This document shows positions 23,142 to 36,286 of a stretch of 64,000 nt of DNA, piece after piece. Made by a program: the position numbers and the translations under genes. The notes beneath the pieces are model-generated. The model was not told where the DNA came from, ran no database searches, and was given only the letters and a program-made list of their open reading frames with translations. Each line of letters opens with the position of its first letter. Position 1 is the first letter of the stretch. This DNA comes from Fistulifera solaris (taxonomy: Eukaryota), in assembly GCA_030295235.1 (NCBI GenBank), contig AP026146.1, positions 496,001 through 560,000 of the forward strand, written 5' to 3'.

Positions 23142-26100
23142 TTACTTTGTAGCTGTACTCTGTTCTTCGTCTGCGTCACTGGACTCGTAGTAAATAACCT
23201 TCTTGGAAGAAGGCTCTAGAGCTGGGGAATCCTCGTCATCAGGACTCGCGTCTGCCATCATCTGGTTGTATTCATCCTCAATTTCGTCGGCGTTCCCACC
23301 CTGTCGATGATGCTCCAATACACTACGAATAAAGTGCATATTTCCGAGACCCTTCGCTGAGTCAGGTGACCCTAATGATTCCCTCCCTTTCGCATCACGC
23401 ATTCTTCTGTTTAAGATGGGGGTCATGAATTGTTGAGCTCGAGTTCGCATATTATCTAACTCTTGATGAACACGTGTCACATAAGCGTCGACGCCTAACC
23501 TATCTAGCTCGTCTTGGGTGTAGCCGAGTTGAGAGGTATCGTTAATAAAACCACTAATATCAGCCTCTTCGTCCTCGATAGCTTCAATTTGCTCCTCTTC
23601 GCTCAAATCTCCATCCATATCTTCATCTGAGTCGATGCCGGCTTCTTCGTCAAAAAACTTTCTAACAGCTCGTCTTCGGTCCATGTTGCTTCGACGATGC
23701 GCGTCATCATGATCCTCCTGTTTTTCTTTGCGACGCACGCCATTCGTAGGTGCGGTTGGCTCAGGTGCACAACGCAAATGATGAAATATGTTTCCGTCCA
23801 CGCGCTTGAGGGCCCCATCGCCCTTCCCACATGTGAGACAGAAGATAGCTTGATTGCGACGTCCTTTATGTCGGAAGTCACAGGGATCACATCTCCACTC
23901 GTCTTCGTCTCGAAAAGATGCTGGGATCGAATAGCAAGTTGTATGAACAGAAACATTACAAGCTTTGTTATGGCAGTAGCCGTCGCACAAAACGATTGGA
24001 TCCTCGTCAGGGGAATCACCAGACAAGCAAATTACGCAGACGATTTCATCTGTTGGCAACTTCGTACCAGAGACTTGGGGTTCCTGGGTGTTGGTGAGAT
24101 CGCGCAATGGTGGAGTATCTATCAGAGGATCTTGCGGGGATTGCATCTTGATTGAAGCATCATCAGCGCATTGAGTAGCATCAAAGATAGCTCGTCTTTT
24201 CCGATATTTATTTGCTTTCGCAAAAACTATTTCCTCGTCAGGTGTACCTAAATATTGTGCAATATCTTCGACGACTGATTTATCTTGTGCCTTCGATTCT
24301 TCACTAGGGGGGATCTTCGGGAGAGTGTTTCTCGACTGACTCATCTCCTTCACTTTGTGTAGCATCGAAAGTAGCCCGTCGTTTCCTGTATTTATTTTCT
24401 CTTGTAAAAATCAATAGCTCTTCAGGCGTAAGCGATCCATGCGCAGCATTCTCTACAACGGGTTGTTCTCTTACGTTCGGAGTTGGAACGGAGTGTTGCA
24501 ATGTCTTACTGGTTGGATTTCCCGATCGCTTACTTGTTCCAACAATTTGATCTGTAGAGGAAGCCGAGCAAGATGAAGCAGGTGATGGTAGACTAAATTC
24601 GGACTTTCTTGTAAAACGCTCAGGTGTAGAAGTTATAGTTTTCTTCGCCAAGTCACTGTTCATATCCCGATGTTCAGTGTCTTCGTTGCTACTCGATGAG
24701 CAATCAGACTGGCTGGGCAGAACAAACTCGTCCTCAGGCAGATTGAAGCCATCGTTGAGCTCCGCGATGTCGCTGGCCGAAGTTTGGTATTTGATCTGAA
24801 CAGTTGCTTGTTCGATCGGACTTCTTGGATCCCGATTTGAGGTATATTCTACGAATGTCCGTAAAGACGAACGCGCTGTCTCTTGATTTTCTCTTTGATT
24901 GTTCTCCTTTGCTGCCAAGTTCAGACCCCTTGTCACGATGTCATCACTCCCTTTTTGCAAAGGGCTGCGTTTTTTTGTCGCTGTCTCCAATGGCCTACAA
25001 AAATCCACATTTTGAGAGTGACCTTCTTCGAATTTTCCGCTTGTTGTAGTTGCCGGCACCATGATGTACTTGGTTGCTGTTGGGACAGACACATCCAAGG
25101 AGCCAACTCGTTTTACCGGATTGTTAGCAAAGCAAGGGTTCGACTCGAAAGTTTTCTGGGTTACGTGACCAGTAGGATCAGTAGCATGCACCGTATAGTT
25201 GGAGTTTTGCAGGGCGGTTCTCATAACACTTGCGTATGGGTTTCGTTTGATGTGATGTTGTGTTTTTGGGACGGTTGATATCGGAGGGTCAGGGCTGTTC
25301 TTCGGGTCTTGGAGTATTTTATTTTGACAACCAGATCCAGATATTTCAATATTTTCGAAAGCCCCTTGGTAAAGATTGTGTGAACTGAGCTTAGATCTTT
25401 CGGGACAACGCGATGGTGGCTTAAAATCATCTCGTTCGTGGTCTGAAGCCCAAGTATGCATTTTCGATTCATAAACATTGTCAAAATCCACGTGCGCATC
25501 CTCTTCAAGTATCTTCAGAGGAAAGGTCTTGTATTTAAAGTCAGATGTCAGCTTACTCGGCAGGGATCTACTCTTCTGTCCGCCGAAGTCGTCGGTACCG
25601 TGTATGCTCTCAAATCGATTCAGCATGAAAGTAGTTCTCCCCCTCGTATTATTTCGTTTGTCGTTGCGTGAAAATGACAATCTCCTTCCTGTAACAAACC
25701 TTCTTGACAGATCTCGGGGTATCCTTTCACATGTGGGACAATCTGGTACACTGGTTGCCAGCGTAAGCCCCGACACATATTCTTGTTGTGATGCTGAAAG
25801 CTTCCATTCTGAAGACATAACATTCTCCGTTTTGTCATCCAAGCTGGCGTCACGCCCTCTTTTCTTGGCTCCCTCGTGCCCTTCCACCTGCGAACTACGA
25901 AAAGAATTAGCCACGGCCATCTTCTTTTCGCAAACGACCGGCCTCATTGGAAAGAGGAGCTCGCCGACGTTGACCTTAAACTTGTTGCTTTTTTAGCGCG
26001 CGGGCCAGCGTCCCTACCGAGTGCTTCGAACTATCGTAAGATTTCTTTTCCTGACCTTCCGATACTAATACTACGACGCGTCCATCACGTTTTCTACCTG

Positions 26101-28118
26101 TTCTTCCTATACGCTGAATTGAACGTATAGCTGATCGAACGACATCGTAGTTAACTATCAAGTCAACTTCACCAATATCCAAACCTTGACGAAACAGTGA
26201 AAACAAGTTTTAGAACCGAAAGATAGATAAATGAATGAAAGAAAGGCTTCACCACATACCTTCTTCACCAATTGAGGTGCATACCAGTACGTTGAACACA
26301 TCGCTGCGAAACTGGCGAATGACTTCTTGCTGTTCCGCTTGGTTCATGCCCTGGAGCTGCCCTTCTGTTCCTTTCGTACGGTTACCTTGTCCAATAAAGT
26401 GCCTCGGTCGTATCAATGGCGAACATGTTTGCAGGGTAGAAACGATTTCCGATACCGAGTCACGAAATTGCGAAAAGACAATCGACCGAGATGACCTGCC
26501 AATCGCTCGGTCCCTTTCAAAGTGCTCTGTCAGGATTTCTCGCAATTTCATAAGCTTGGGATTGTTGGCAACTGCATCCTTTCCATTTTCGACAACATTC
26601 CATACTTTGAGAAACTCTTCGGACCGCAAAAGGGTGACATGGGACCCGTGTGCCGAGTACTGAGAAGCCGTTTCATAACGGAATGCACACACGCCAGTCC
26701 GTTGACATGAACCTTGGTGCGCAAGTCGCATAAGGTCGTCGCGATATGAAAGATACCGGAAAGGCTGGTATCCGGAAGACATTCCTGAATCTTTCTCAGC
26801 TGATGCGACGTGATGTACTGATAATCTAAATTTCCACTCAAGGCACCCCTAGCCCGCAGCCTATCTAACTGTAGCAACAACAGATCATTCAGCATCTTTT
26901 CGACATCTTTCGCGACGCTCACGTTTGGCACCAGGACTTCTTCAACAGCACGGTCATGAATGTATTTCGCAATGCTCGCATCATCTTCGGTCCGCGCCTC
27001 AATTTTACTGATTCGCAATACATCAATGACCGCTTGTATGTCTTTGATGGTTTTGCCAGGTGTGGCACTCAATCCGAGCAGCCGAAATTTGGCATTTGAT
27101 TCAAATAGACGATTGACAATGGTGACATAGGAGTGATTGCCCGTCGCTCGGTGTGCTTCGTCCAGCACAACGCACACAAAGTAGTCGGGGTTGCACCGCG
27201 ATGCTTCCAAATCAAATTGAATGGTTTGAGGAGTACAATAGAAAACTCGTTTTTCGTTCCACAATTCGGCCCTGCGACTAGCATTGATCTTCCCAGTGAG
27301 TACAGCGGTATCTGTTTCGGGGATTCCCATAATACTGAAACAGGCTTGGACTTGTTGGTTGACCAACGGCAAGGTGGGAGCCAGAAACAATATTTTTCCT
27401 CGGGGGAAGAAGCGATAATAGTTGTACATGACAACCGCCGCGATCAACGTTTTACCCAACCCCGTGGGAAGTGATACCAGTGTATTTTCATGAATGGCAG
27501 CGTCCGAGATCTCCAACTGATAATCTCGTTTCGGGAAGTCGTCGTCGACCGGGAAAATCCATTCTTTCGAAGATGACAGGTCCAAGGGAACGGGGCCCGG
27601 TGTAAAAGGAATGGGTTGCCGTTGCTGATTCGTTGGACGAGACAAATTGGTACGGGGCAGAAAAATTTGACAAATAGTGTTGTTATTCGGCGGCAGCTGC
27701 CTTGGCTCTCCCTCCGACAGAGTTTGCGTATCTGATACTTGCACTGAACGAGTACGATGACCGCTTGTTGCTGTTGCTTGAAGTACATTCTGTGTTCGAG
27801 AGTGCTGTTCAGGCTTTGACTGCTGTTTTGAATTCATGACTTGATTTGGTGCCTTTATTTTGGTAAAATAGGGATTGGAGATCACTTTATTGTTTTTCTG
27901 TGAAGCTGTCGGCGGGCGATTTTCAACATCATTCAAAACCGGAGCTCGAGCAAAAGAGGATTTGTTTGACATTCCTTGGGAATGGGAATCCCGTTTACGA
28001 AATCATGCATGTGCTTGGATGTAACCCTCAGCTGATGGCACATGGAACATCGTTCCCCGGGAGCATGATGCTGAAACGTGCAGTGAGCGCAAGTCCATCC
28101 AAGTGATCTCGACGACAT
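23142..28118 (-). CDS. FANCM: FANCM/Mph1-family DEAH helicase with N-terminal NZF and C-terminal PHD finger (intron 26259-26185, several frameshifts)
   Basis: RDYQ, LPTGLGKT, APTLPLV.QQ, DEAHRA, LSATPG, FSQFRDS, TSIGEEGLDIGEVD, QRIGRTGRKRDG. Acidic FFDEEAG...GFINDTSQ motif near the C-terminus. Confidence 0.85.
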
Positions 28119-29087
28119 TCTTTCACCCTTCAAAGTCGAGTCGAAGGAGCAGGCGAGTTATGTAGCATCAATGAAATGCGATTTATGAGGACTACGCTTG
28201 TTAGATTATGAATGAATAAGACCTCCTCTTGTCGTCTCTGCAAAGCCTCTCGCATTTCACATTATCATGCTGCACAACAACTGTTTTGCCTCCACATCAT
28301 TTTTCTGGGTCCGTACAAAATATCGTTGCATCGCGCTCTAATCCATAAACGTGAAAACGTAGACCTCGGATCGTACCGGTACTACTTTTGTTTTGGAACG
28401 AAATTTAACTCGTAACTCTAAAAGAATCGTTGGTGGTGTGAAAGTTGGGCCAAACTCCTTTGGTTGGGCGTTGGTCGTTGAGCTCGCTACTTGGTACTTG
28501 GTACTGTGTACAAAGTACTGTGCACGGAGAATAATTCCTAATTATAATGCTCAATAAAATGAACCACTCTCTTCGAAGTTTTATTGTGATTTCCTACTAC
28601 GTAGTTTGGTATTTGATATTTGAAGATCTTGCATCTTGCATATAACTTTATTGCATCAATGCGGTTAGATATCTTATAAGGCAATTTGTAGTCTTGGCCA
28701 GTAATGTTTAATAATGTTTCGATCGACTATCGGAAAGCGAAGGAGCTTCTCTACATTGATCTTATAGTAAATTTCTTGTATCTTGTATAGAGAAAGAAGA
28801 ACTTAGAACTCTTGCGCCACAGTCCACAGTTAGAGTTGCACGCGGTGGATGACGCCGCACGTCGCTCAGCACAGCGGGCAACAAGCAAACCGCCTTGCAA
28901 AAATTGCACCTTCTTGCCTTCTTGCGGTTTCTTGGGGGCAAGATGCAAGATTATCGACGACCTCCATTTCTTGTGCTTGTACTTCCAGTGTGTTCACCCT
29001 AATCTTCTTCTTCTCTCTGTTCTCCAATCAATTTCACTATTTGTAATTTTTGTTTGCTTTAGCTTATATCAATCGCAAATTCTCAAT

Positions 29088-32000
29088 ATGGAGAATCAGG
29101 GAGCTGGAATGATACGCCCCATCGCATCTGATGCTGTTCATAGAATAGTAGCTGGCCAAGCTGTTACGGATCTTGCTAGCTGTGTGAAGGAACTGGTCGA
29201 CAATGCATTAGATGCGGGAAGCAAAACCATCAACGGTGAGTGTTGCGAAAGAATTCGGAGCATTTATGTCTCAGAGTGGGTAATGAATTTTTCTCACTTG
29301 AAACATTGACTCAATCTCCATTATCCTTCTTATTCTTCGCTTTAGTGCGATTATTCAATCAAGGCATAGATATCGTTGAAGTCAGCGACGATGGTTGTGG
29401 AGTTCCTAGGTGTTCGAGGCCTCTTTTAGCGCTACCGCACGCGACCCATAAAATTCAGTCCATCGACGACTTGTACCATCGCGCCACACCGCTCACTCTG
29501 GGCTTTCGAGGAGAAGCCTTGTTTTGTCTCGCCAACTTGAGTGCTCGTTTGGTCATCGCCACACGAACAGCCGACGAAGAACTGGCACAAAAGATGGAGT
29601 TTGGTCGTGACGGAAGCTTGATTGTGGATTCGGTCGTGGAGATGCCCCGCAAAGTGGGGACCACGGTTGCCGTAGTCAAACTCTTTGAGACGGTACCCGT
29701 ACGGCAAGCCGATATGAAACGTCAAATACAGAACCAGAGAAGTCGGATGATGAGAATGATGGAAGCGTATGCTATTTTTTCGGTTGGAGTCTGTTTCAAC
29801 GTCATGGATATTGCTACAGACGGAAATGGGAGAGAAAGCCGTTTGTTGGCGACCACAATCAACAGCACTAGAATGGAAGAAACCATCACGGCAGTTCTGG
29901 GAATTCGTTTCATGACGAAACTGAGTCCCATTGATATTGATATGAATTCAGCTTTCGTGTCAGAGGAACCAACATTACATTCGGAAGCGCCACAGCCCAA
30001 ATGGGGTGTTAAAGGATTTGTTTCAACGGCATCTCCAGCTGGAAGCAGTGATAGTAACCGCAGCGACCGCTGTGTCCAGTATTATTGTATCAATGGACGG
30101 CCGGTCGAGTTACCGCAGATTTCGCGACTGATCAACGACATCTGGCGAAACACCTTTGGTCAGAACAAACGACCGTCTTGTATTTTGACGTTTACGCTAC
30201 CTTGCCACTCCTTTGATGTGAATGTTTCACCCGACAAACGTGAAGTTATATTTCCGGCGGAACAAAAACTTTGTGAACTAGTTCAAAAAAAAGTATCCAA
30301 GCTATGGGCGTCACAGACACACGGAAAATTTACACAGCAAATTATCGATTCGTCATGTTCTATTCATGACGCGAAGGAACAGATAGAGAAAAGACCCGAT
30401 GAGATACTAGGATCACCAGGAAGATTCAAAAGACGGCACGCATTTTCGCACGATTTCACAAAGGCCAAATTGCAACATGAATCGGAAGACCGTCGCCTGA
30501 GCCAAGAACTACATGCAAAGAGCCACGAGGTGGCCAGCCCGAATGACAATGTGGTCGATGATCAGGCGAACGCTGTTTCAGAATCTGCAGGCGAATCTGA
30601 ATCGGAACAAAGTCATTACAGGCATCATAAACGTCAACGAGCTGCCGGTAATTTGTTGGACGATACCACGCCATTACAAAATACCAAGTTGACCACTTCA
30701 CTTACGAACTCTGCCGTGACTCCATCACCGGCGAGTCAAAGTTTACCTAGTGATAACGACGAGGACCACTCGGATCCAGTAAATGATGGGAGTAAGCGGA
30801 CCTCGGCGGAACAGGCTGGCTGGAGGCGAATACAAAAATCGTTCAATTCTCAATCAGGTGGTGATATGGAAGTCGATATAGCGACTGCGACGAAGCGTCC
30901 TCGCCAATCTGTAGTAGTCGACCCCGATGAGAAACAAGGCAGATTGACAGAATTTGGTTTTGAGAATCTTGGATACAAAGCAGTCAAACGGGTTAGCTTT
31001 GACCAGTTGCGGAGGTCCCATGATGATGATGCAGCTACCGTTCAACAAGCAAGCACTTCTGTGGAAGCTACTTCACTTTACGGTACTCGCCGCGTGAGTG
31101 GCGAATCGACAGGATCGGTACCTCAATCGACTCGAGATAATGAGCACCACGATAATTTTACTTTGTCAGGTTCAAAATGGACTTCGCGTGTTATTAAATC
31201 GGAATCATCCAGCGCTGTCACTGGGTCTCAAAGCACTCTGGAACAGTCCTTTGACTGTGATTCGCAGGATGAGTCTAAATCAAACTCACCCGAAGTGATA
31301 TGGAAATCGTTTCCAAGTACGGAATCTGTCATTGCTTCCTTCCAGCAATATAACACGGTGGTAGAGGAACGAAGTAAGAGACTGCGAGATACGATTCGCG
31401 GCGTTGCACCAACAAGCACCGACAACGACAACCCCAAGCGTCCCTCTGATGCGACAACCATTGGTCTTTCCAAGGAAGATCTTGGGAAGAATATGACGAT
31501 TATTGGGCAATACAATATGGGCTTCATCCTCGCGCACACGCCCGATTATCATTTGTGGATCCTCGATCAGCATGCTTGTGACGAGAAATACAATTTCGAG
31601 AGACTTTGCGTCGAAACCAAAATACACGAACAGCGTCTCATGGCACCATTACCGATTGAACTGTCACCGACAGAAGAGACATGTGTGATGGACAACATGG
31701 AAATATTTGAGAAGAACGGATTCCGTTTTCAAATAGATGAGACAAAACCTCCCCGCCATCGCCTGGCTTTAACAGCCTTACCGCACAGTGGCGCCGCTGA
31801 TGGCAGAAAGGCGGTCCAATTTGGAAAAGAAGATGTTGTTGCCTTGTGCGAGGTATTGGGAGTAGACGATTCCTTGTCGTCGTATGATGCTCCGTCTGGC
31901 TGCGGAACCGGTGCCGACGGTTCGGGTATGTACGGTAACAACGCTGTCCGACGTTACACTCGTTTTGAGAGGAACGACTCGACATCCCGAATAATTGCAC

Positions 32001-32251
32001 GTCTTCCCAAAGCCATAGCCATGTTCGCTAGCCGAGCTTGCCGTGGAAGCATAATGATTGGGCAAGCTCTCAATGAAACCGAAATGAAGCGCATCACGAC
32101 ACGACTCGGTGACTTGGAGCACCCCTGGCAGTGCCCCCACGGGCGATCTACAATTCATCATATTGGGAATCTGGCACAAACTTTGCTCGACGATGAGCAA
32201 AGGATCCACGAGTATAGATCAGCAACTGGTCTTGGTTCCGGCCGAACTTGA
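29088..32251 (+). CDS. PMS2: MutL-alpha endonuclease subunit PMS2 (yeast PMS1); intron 29236-29345
   Basis: KELVDNALDAG, DDGCG and LGFRGEAL (GHKL ATPase); DQHACDEKYNFE, FASRACR and CPHGR (endonuclease motifs). Confidence 0.93.
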
Positions 32252-32336
32252 AGCACTCCCAAGGAATGAATCACTGGGAAGTACACGCCTCGAAGAAAAC
32301 CTAGAAATTCACTTTATGCTATAAAAAGTATATTAG

Positions 32337-32698
32337 ACTCGCCTTTTTGGTATCTTAGCTCTCTCTCGAAAACAATTTGCAGGAAGGTTTCTTGAGTTCA
32401 GTTGAGTGCTATGTGCTCCTATGCTTATTCTCTCGATTTCGTTTTTCTTGAAGAAGCGACTCGCCTTTTTGGTATCTTAGCTCTCTCGAAAACAATTTGC
32501 AGGAAGATTTCTTGAGTTCAGTTGAGTGCTATGTGCTCCTATGCTTATTCTCTCGATTTCGTTTTTCTTGAAGAAGCGACTCGCCTTTTTGGTATCTTAG
32601 CTCTCTCGAAAACAATTTGCAGGAAGATTTCTTGAGTTCAGTTGAGTGCTATGTGCTCCTATGCTTATTCTCTCGATTTCGTTTTTGTTGAAGAAGCG
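32337..32698. repeat. Three near-identical tandem copies of a ~120-bp unit
   Basis: Units start ACTCGCCTTTTTGGTATCTTAG at 32337, 32459 and 32579 and differ at only a few positions. Confidence 0.95.
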
Positions 32699-33478
32699 CA
32701 TTCCTCATCCGAATCACACTTTGCGCACCCGTCTTTCCAATCGTTTTGACGTACAACCACATGGGAATAAATCCACCGGTCCCATCTTCCGCAGAATCAT
32801 TCAAATCAATCCGACACATGATAGTCAACTCCGTATGGGTGTTCTCTTGTAAAGGCTTGTAAAACGCAATGGAATCTTGGAAAGCACGTGTATATCCCGG
32901 TTGTCGTGGCACCAGATCCGTCTCGACCGAAACTGTCCCCGATACCCATGTTCCATCCGACAACGGTTCATCTTGCACGGACAAGAAGACCAGATCACGT
33001 TTTCCAAACGCCAAAAGTCGTTTGGTTCGTTTCCGACACAGAATCATCCGGACTTGGTCGTGTTGGTAGGCACCGTGCAGACTCACACCTTCATAAAACG
33101 GATCCATTTGGGGCATGGATGTATCCCAATTCGATATTGACAGAAAATTCCAGCATTCTTCGACCGGAACCGGAAAGATCCCTTTCATGCGAACGTAGGG
33201 ACAGGTGGGATCTTCGGGATGTTGCAGTAAACAAACTTCGACTCCTTCTTTTCGTGTAACAGTTTCCAGTCTCCTCTGAGAGCTTTCTTCTGATATTCGG
33301 ATTGAAGGTCGCGATACGCTTGATAGAGATCATGTGCGAGAATGGGAGACAACAATTCTTTGCCGCGTTGCGGTTTCACCGCAGCAGGATGATGATGATG
33401 ATGATTCGTTCGACACGATACGGCTCGGAAATGAACGAACGATATGCCGATAAGGAATAAGAAACGAAAGACTTTCAT
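32649..33478 (-). CDS. Signal-peptide START/SRPBCC lipid-binding domain protein (frameshift near 33245)
   Basis: Signal peptide, His run, WKLLHEK..GVEV, KRDLVFL, VPRQPGYTRA, GGFIPMWL. Confidence 0.8.
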
Positions 33479-34439
33479 GACAGTAATGAATTTATTGCTT
33501 ACTCGTCTGTACCTGCTATTTATTACGGAGTATTTGACAATTGACAGCTACGGTACCTGGTATGCTTTTTGTGGAAACAAATGCGATGAGCCCGCGCCCT
33601 CACTTCAAAAAAGCACTACAAGTATAATCTCGAAGTGTGGGACGAATGCCACCACGTCTGAACTTCAGTCACGTTCAAATTACGGAAAACGGAAAACGAT
33701 TGAGATGGCAGAGCACATAGGTCCGCAAGTGAAAGTAAGAATTGATAAATGAAGTATGAAGATGTTCAAGGTACCAGTAGTCGTTGCTAATAATATATAA
33801 AAACAATTTTTGCAAAGTACAACCATCTCGATTGTTTGGCTTCGAAAAGCTCGCGATCGTTGATTGCTCACTCACTATATTCGCTAAGTGTTGGCGACTT
33901 TTTCACCACGACTGGATTTGCAGTCACGGGTACTTGTATAAACAAAAAAGACGCAATAAATCACGTGCTCCTCCAACTTGGGAAGACGGACGTGGCTTGG
34001 TTCTTTACTAGGCTTCACCCAACAACAGGAAGTCGACAAACTACTCCAAAGGAGAATACTTTCACTCAACAACTATCATCATCATTCATTATATGTTCTG
34101 AAAAAAAAGCTCCCGATGACACAACAACATGAAATTCCTACACGGAGTTTAAATTGACTCATGACCATCCTAGCTCGTCTCTCACTCATGCGCATCGGTA
34201 CCCAGTCTTTAAGTAAAATTAATCGTTACATAGTCACACCCGTTCTCGACCGCGCACCTACCAGGTACAGAGTACTAGAGTACCGGTACCCGGTACTCTC
34301 TCGCCTCATCTTCTTCCAAGCGAATGAAACACAAACAAGCTTCAAATGACTACTTCGATCTCTTCTTATTAAAAGTAGAATAACTAAATATCTTTCAAGC
34401 AGCCGCAAGTTTAGAGACGAAAGGCGCTCGCTACACACG

Positions 34440-35810
34440 ATGACTTCTTGTTCTTCCGAGATTCCGATCGACTCGCTCCCAGAATTAGAGCGTCTCGTCA
34501 TCCTCGCCAAACTTGTTGTGCCTTTATCGATTACTTTTCCCTGGAACAATGTGCACACACTCAATTTAACCAACTGTGGTCTCAATACACTTCCGATTGG
34601 CTTTGAAAAGGCATTTCCTAAATTGTCCACCTTGTTTCTTTCCAATAATCAATTTCAACAAGTACCCGAAGTCATCGGAAAGTGCCCTCATTTGCAAATG
34701 GTCGCTTTCAAATCCAACCAACTCACATCCATTCATCCCGAAGCACTTCAAGCACAATTACGGTGGCTCATATTGACCGACAATCAAATCACCACCATCC
34801 CCCATACCATCGGACGTTGTACTCGATTGCAAAAATGCATGTTGAGTGGCAATCAAATACGCACTCTGCCGGACGCCATGGCACAATGTATCAATTTGGA
34901 ATTGATTCGTTTGGCGTCCAATCAATTGAAGGAACCGCCCATAATACTCTTTCGTCTTCCCAAACTCGCGTGGATCGCGCTCTCCGACAATCCGTTTTTG
35001 CATTCCGTATTCGCAGCTCGTTCGACGGTATTGAAAGTACTGGAAGATTTGGAGGAATCCAAGGACGCCGAGATTTTAGGTCAAGGTGCCAGTGGTATTA
35101 CTCGCCAATATGAGTATCAAGGACAAAAAGTCGCTGTCAAAACATACAATACCGAAATCAACATTACATCGGATGGGTTACCGGAAGAAGAACGCCGCAT
35201 CCATTGTGCCGCCGCTGCTTTACATTGTTCCGCATTGATTCAAGTGTTGGGACAAACGGTCCGTGGTTCCTTGGTCATGGAATTGTTGCAAGATTTTCGG
35301 GCCATCGGGGATCCTCCTAGTTTTGATTCCTGTTCACGTGATGTTTATTCCAACGATTCACTGGTGCACGCATTGACGATTCAACAAGCCATTACGATCG
35401 TTTCAGCCTTACTGCAAGCACTCGTGAAATTGCACGAACAAGGCATTTGTCATGGTGACTTCTATGGTCACAATATACTTGTCTGTGCCACCGACCTTCA
35501 TCAGGTTCGATTGAGTGACTTTGGTGCGGCATTCTTTTACGAAAAAGGGTCGTTGTACGGAACTCTCTTGGAACGCATCGAATTGCGTGCCTTTGCTATA
35601 TTTGTCGAAGAAGTCAATACTGGTTTGAAAGACGGTGCATCGCAGCTACTCCGCGAACTCGTGGCGCGGTGTCGTAAGGAAGAACCCAGTTCCGAGAACA
35701 CTTTCGATTGTGTGTATATTTGGTGGAAGCAAACGCAGTTGACGGATATTGCTAAAGAATTTGGGTTGGGAATTGATGAAACTGTTGTAGAAGAAAAAGA
35801 ACCTAATTAA
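34440..35810 (+). CDS. Leucine-rich repeat + protein-kinase-like protein
   Basis: LRRs (LFLSNN, LRWLILTDN, LQKCMLSGN, WIALSDNP), then LGQGASG, VAVK, HGDFYGHN, DFG. Intronless. Confidence 0.9.
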   Translation: MTSCSSEIPIDSLPELERLVILAKLVVPLSITFPWNNVHTLNLTNCGLNTLPIGFEKAFPKLSTLFLSNNQFQQVPEVIGKCPHLQMVAFKSNQLTSIHPEALQAQLRWLILTDNQITTIPHTIGRCTRLQKCMLSGNQIRTLPDAMAQCINLELIRLASNQLKEPPIILFRLPKLAWIALSDNPFLHSVFAARSTVLKVLEDLEESKDAEILGQGASGITRQYEYQGQKVAVKTYNTEINITSDGLPEEERRIHCAAAALHCSALIQVLGQTVRGSLVMELLQDFRAIGDPPSFDSCSRDVYSNDSLVHALTIQQAITIVSALLQALVKLHEQGICHGDFYGHNILVCATDLHQVRLSDFGAAFFYEKGSLYGTLLERIELRAFAIFVEEVNTGLKDGASQLLRELVARCRKEEPSSENTFDCVYIWWKQTQLTDIAKEFGLGIDETVVEEKEPN

Positions 35811-36286
35811 ATCTTCTCTGCGTTAAACTACGCATGAATAAAATTAGAAAGTTTTGATATATCTATTGACAAATATAACTCATCACTCAAAGCAAAATGA
35901 TCCAAGTCTCTAGAGTAGCCGATCCTTCACAACAAACACTAGAGAGAATTGATGGTGTTGGGCCGGACGACACCAAAAAAACAAACGACCTTCAGCATTT
36001 TGCTGACGCGTCAAGGCGCAAACCTTCCACACCAACCAGAAACCCCGGACTCGGGCAAAGGACCGATGTCCGCGGCGTACATTTCAGATTATAGTCGAAG
36101 CATTTCCCAATAAATGACGTCATAGTTGACTATGGTCTATTATGTCAACTCCTTCCCAACGGAAACGAAACACTTCACTGCTTCCTATCCTCCGCCAACG
36201 AAAAGCAAGAGGAACACCTCTCGCAAACATGCCAAAAACATTCCTCTTATTGGGTCGGAAAGCAATACCAGTAATACAATCTTACG

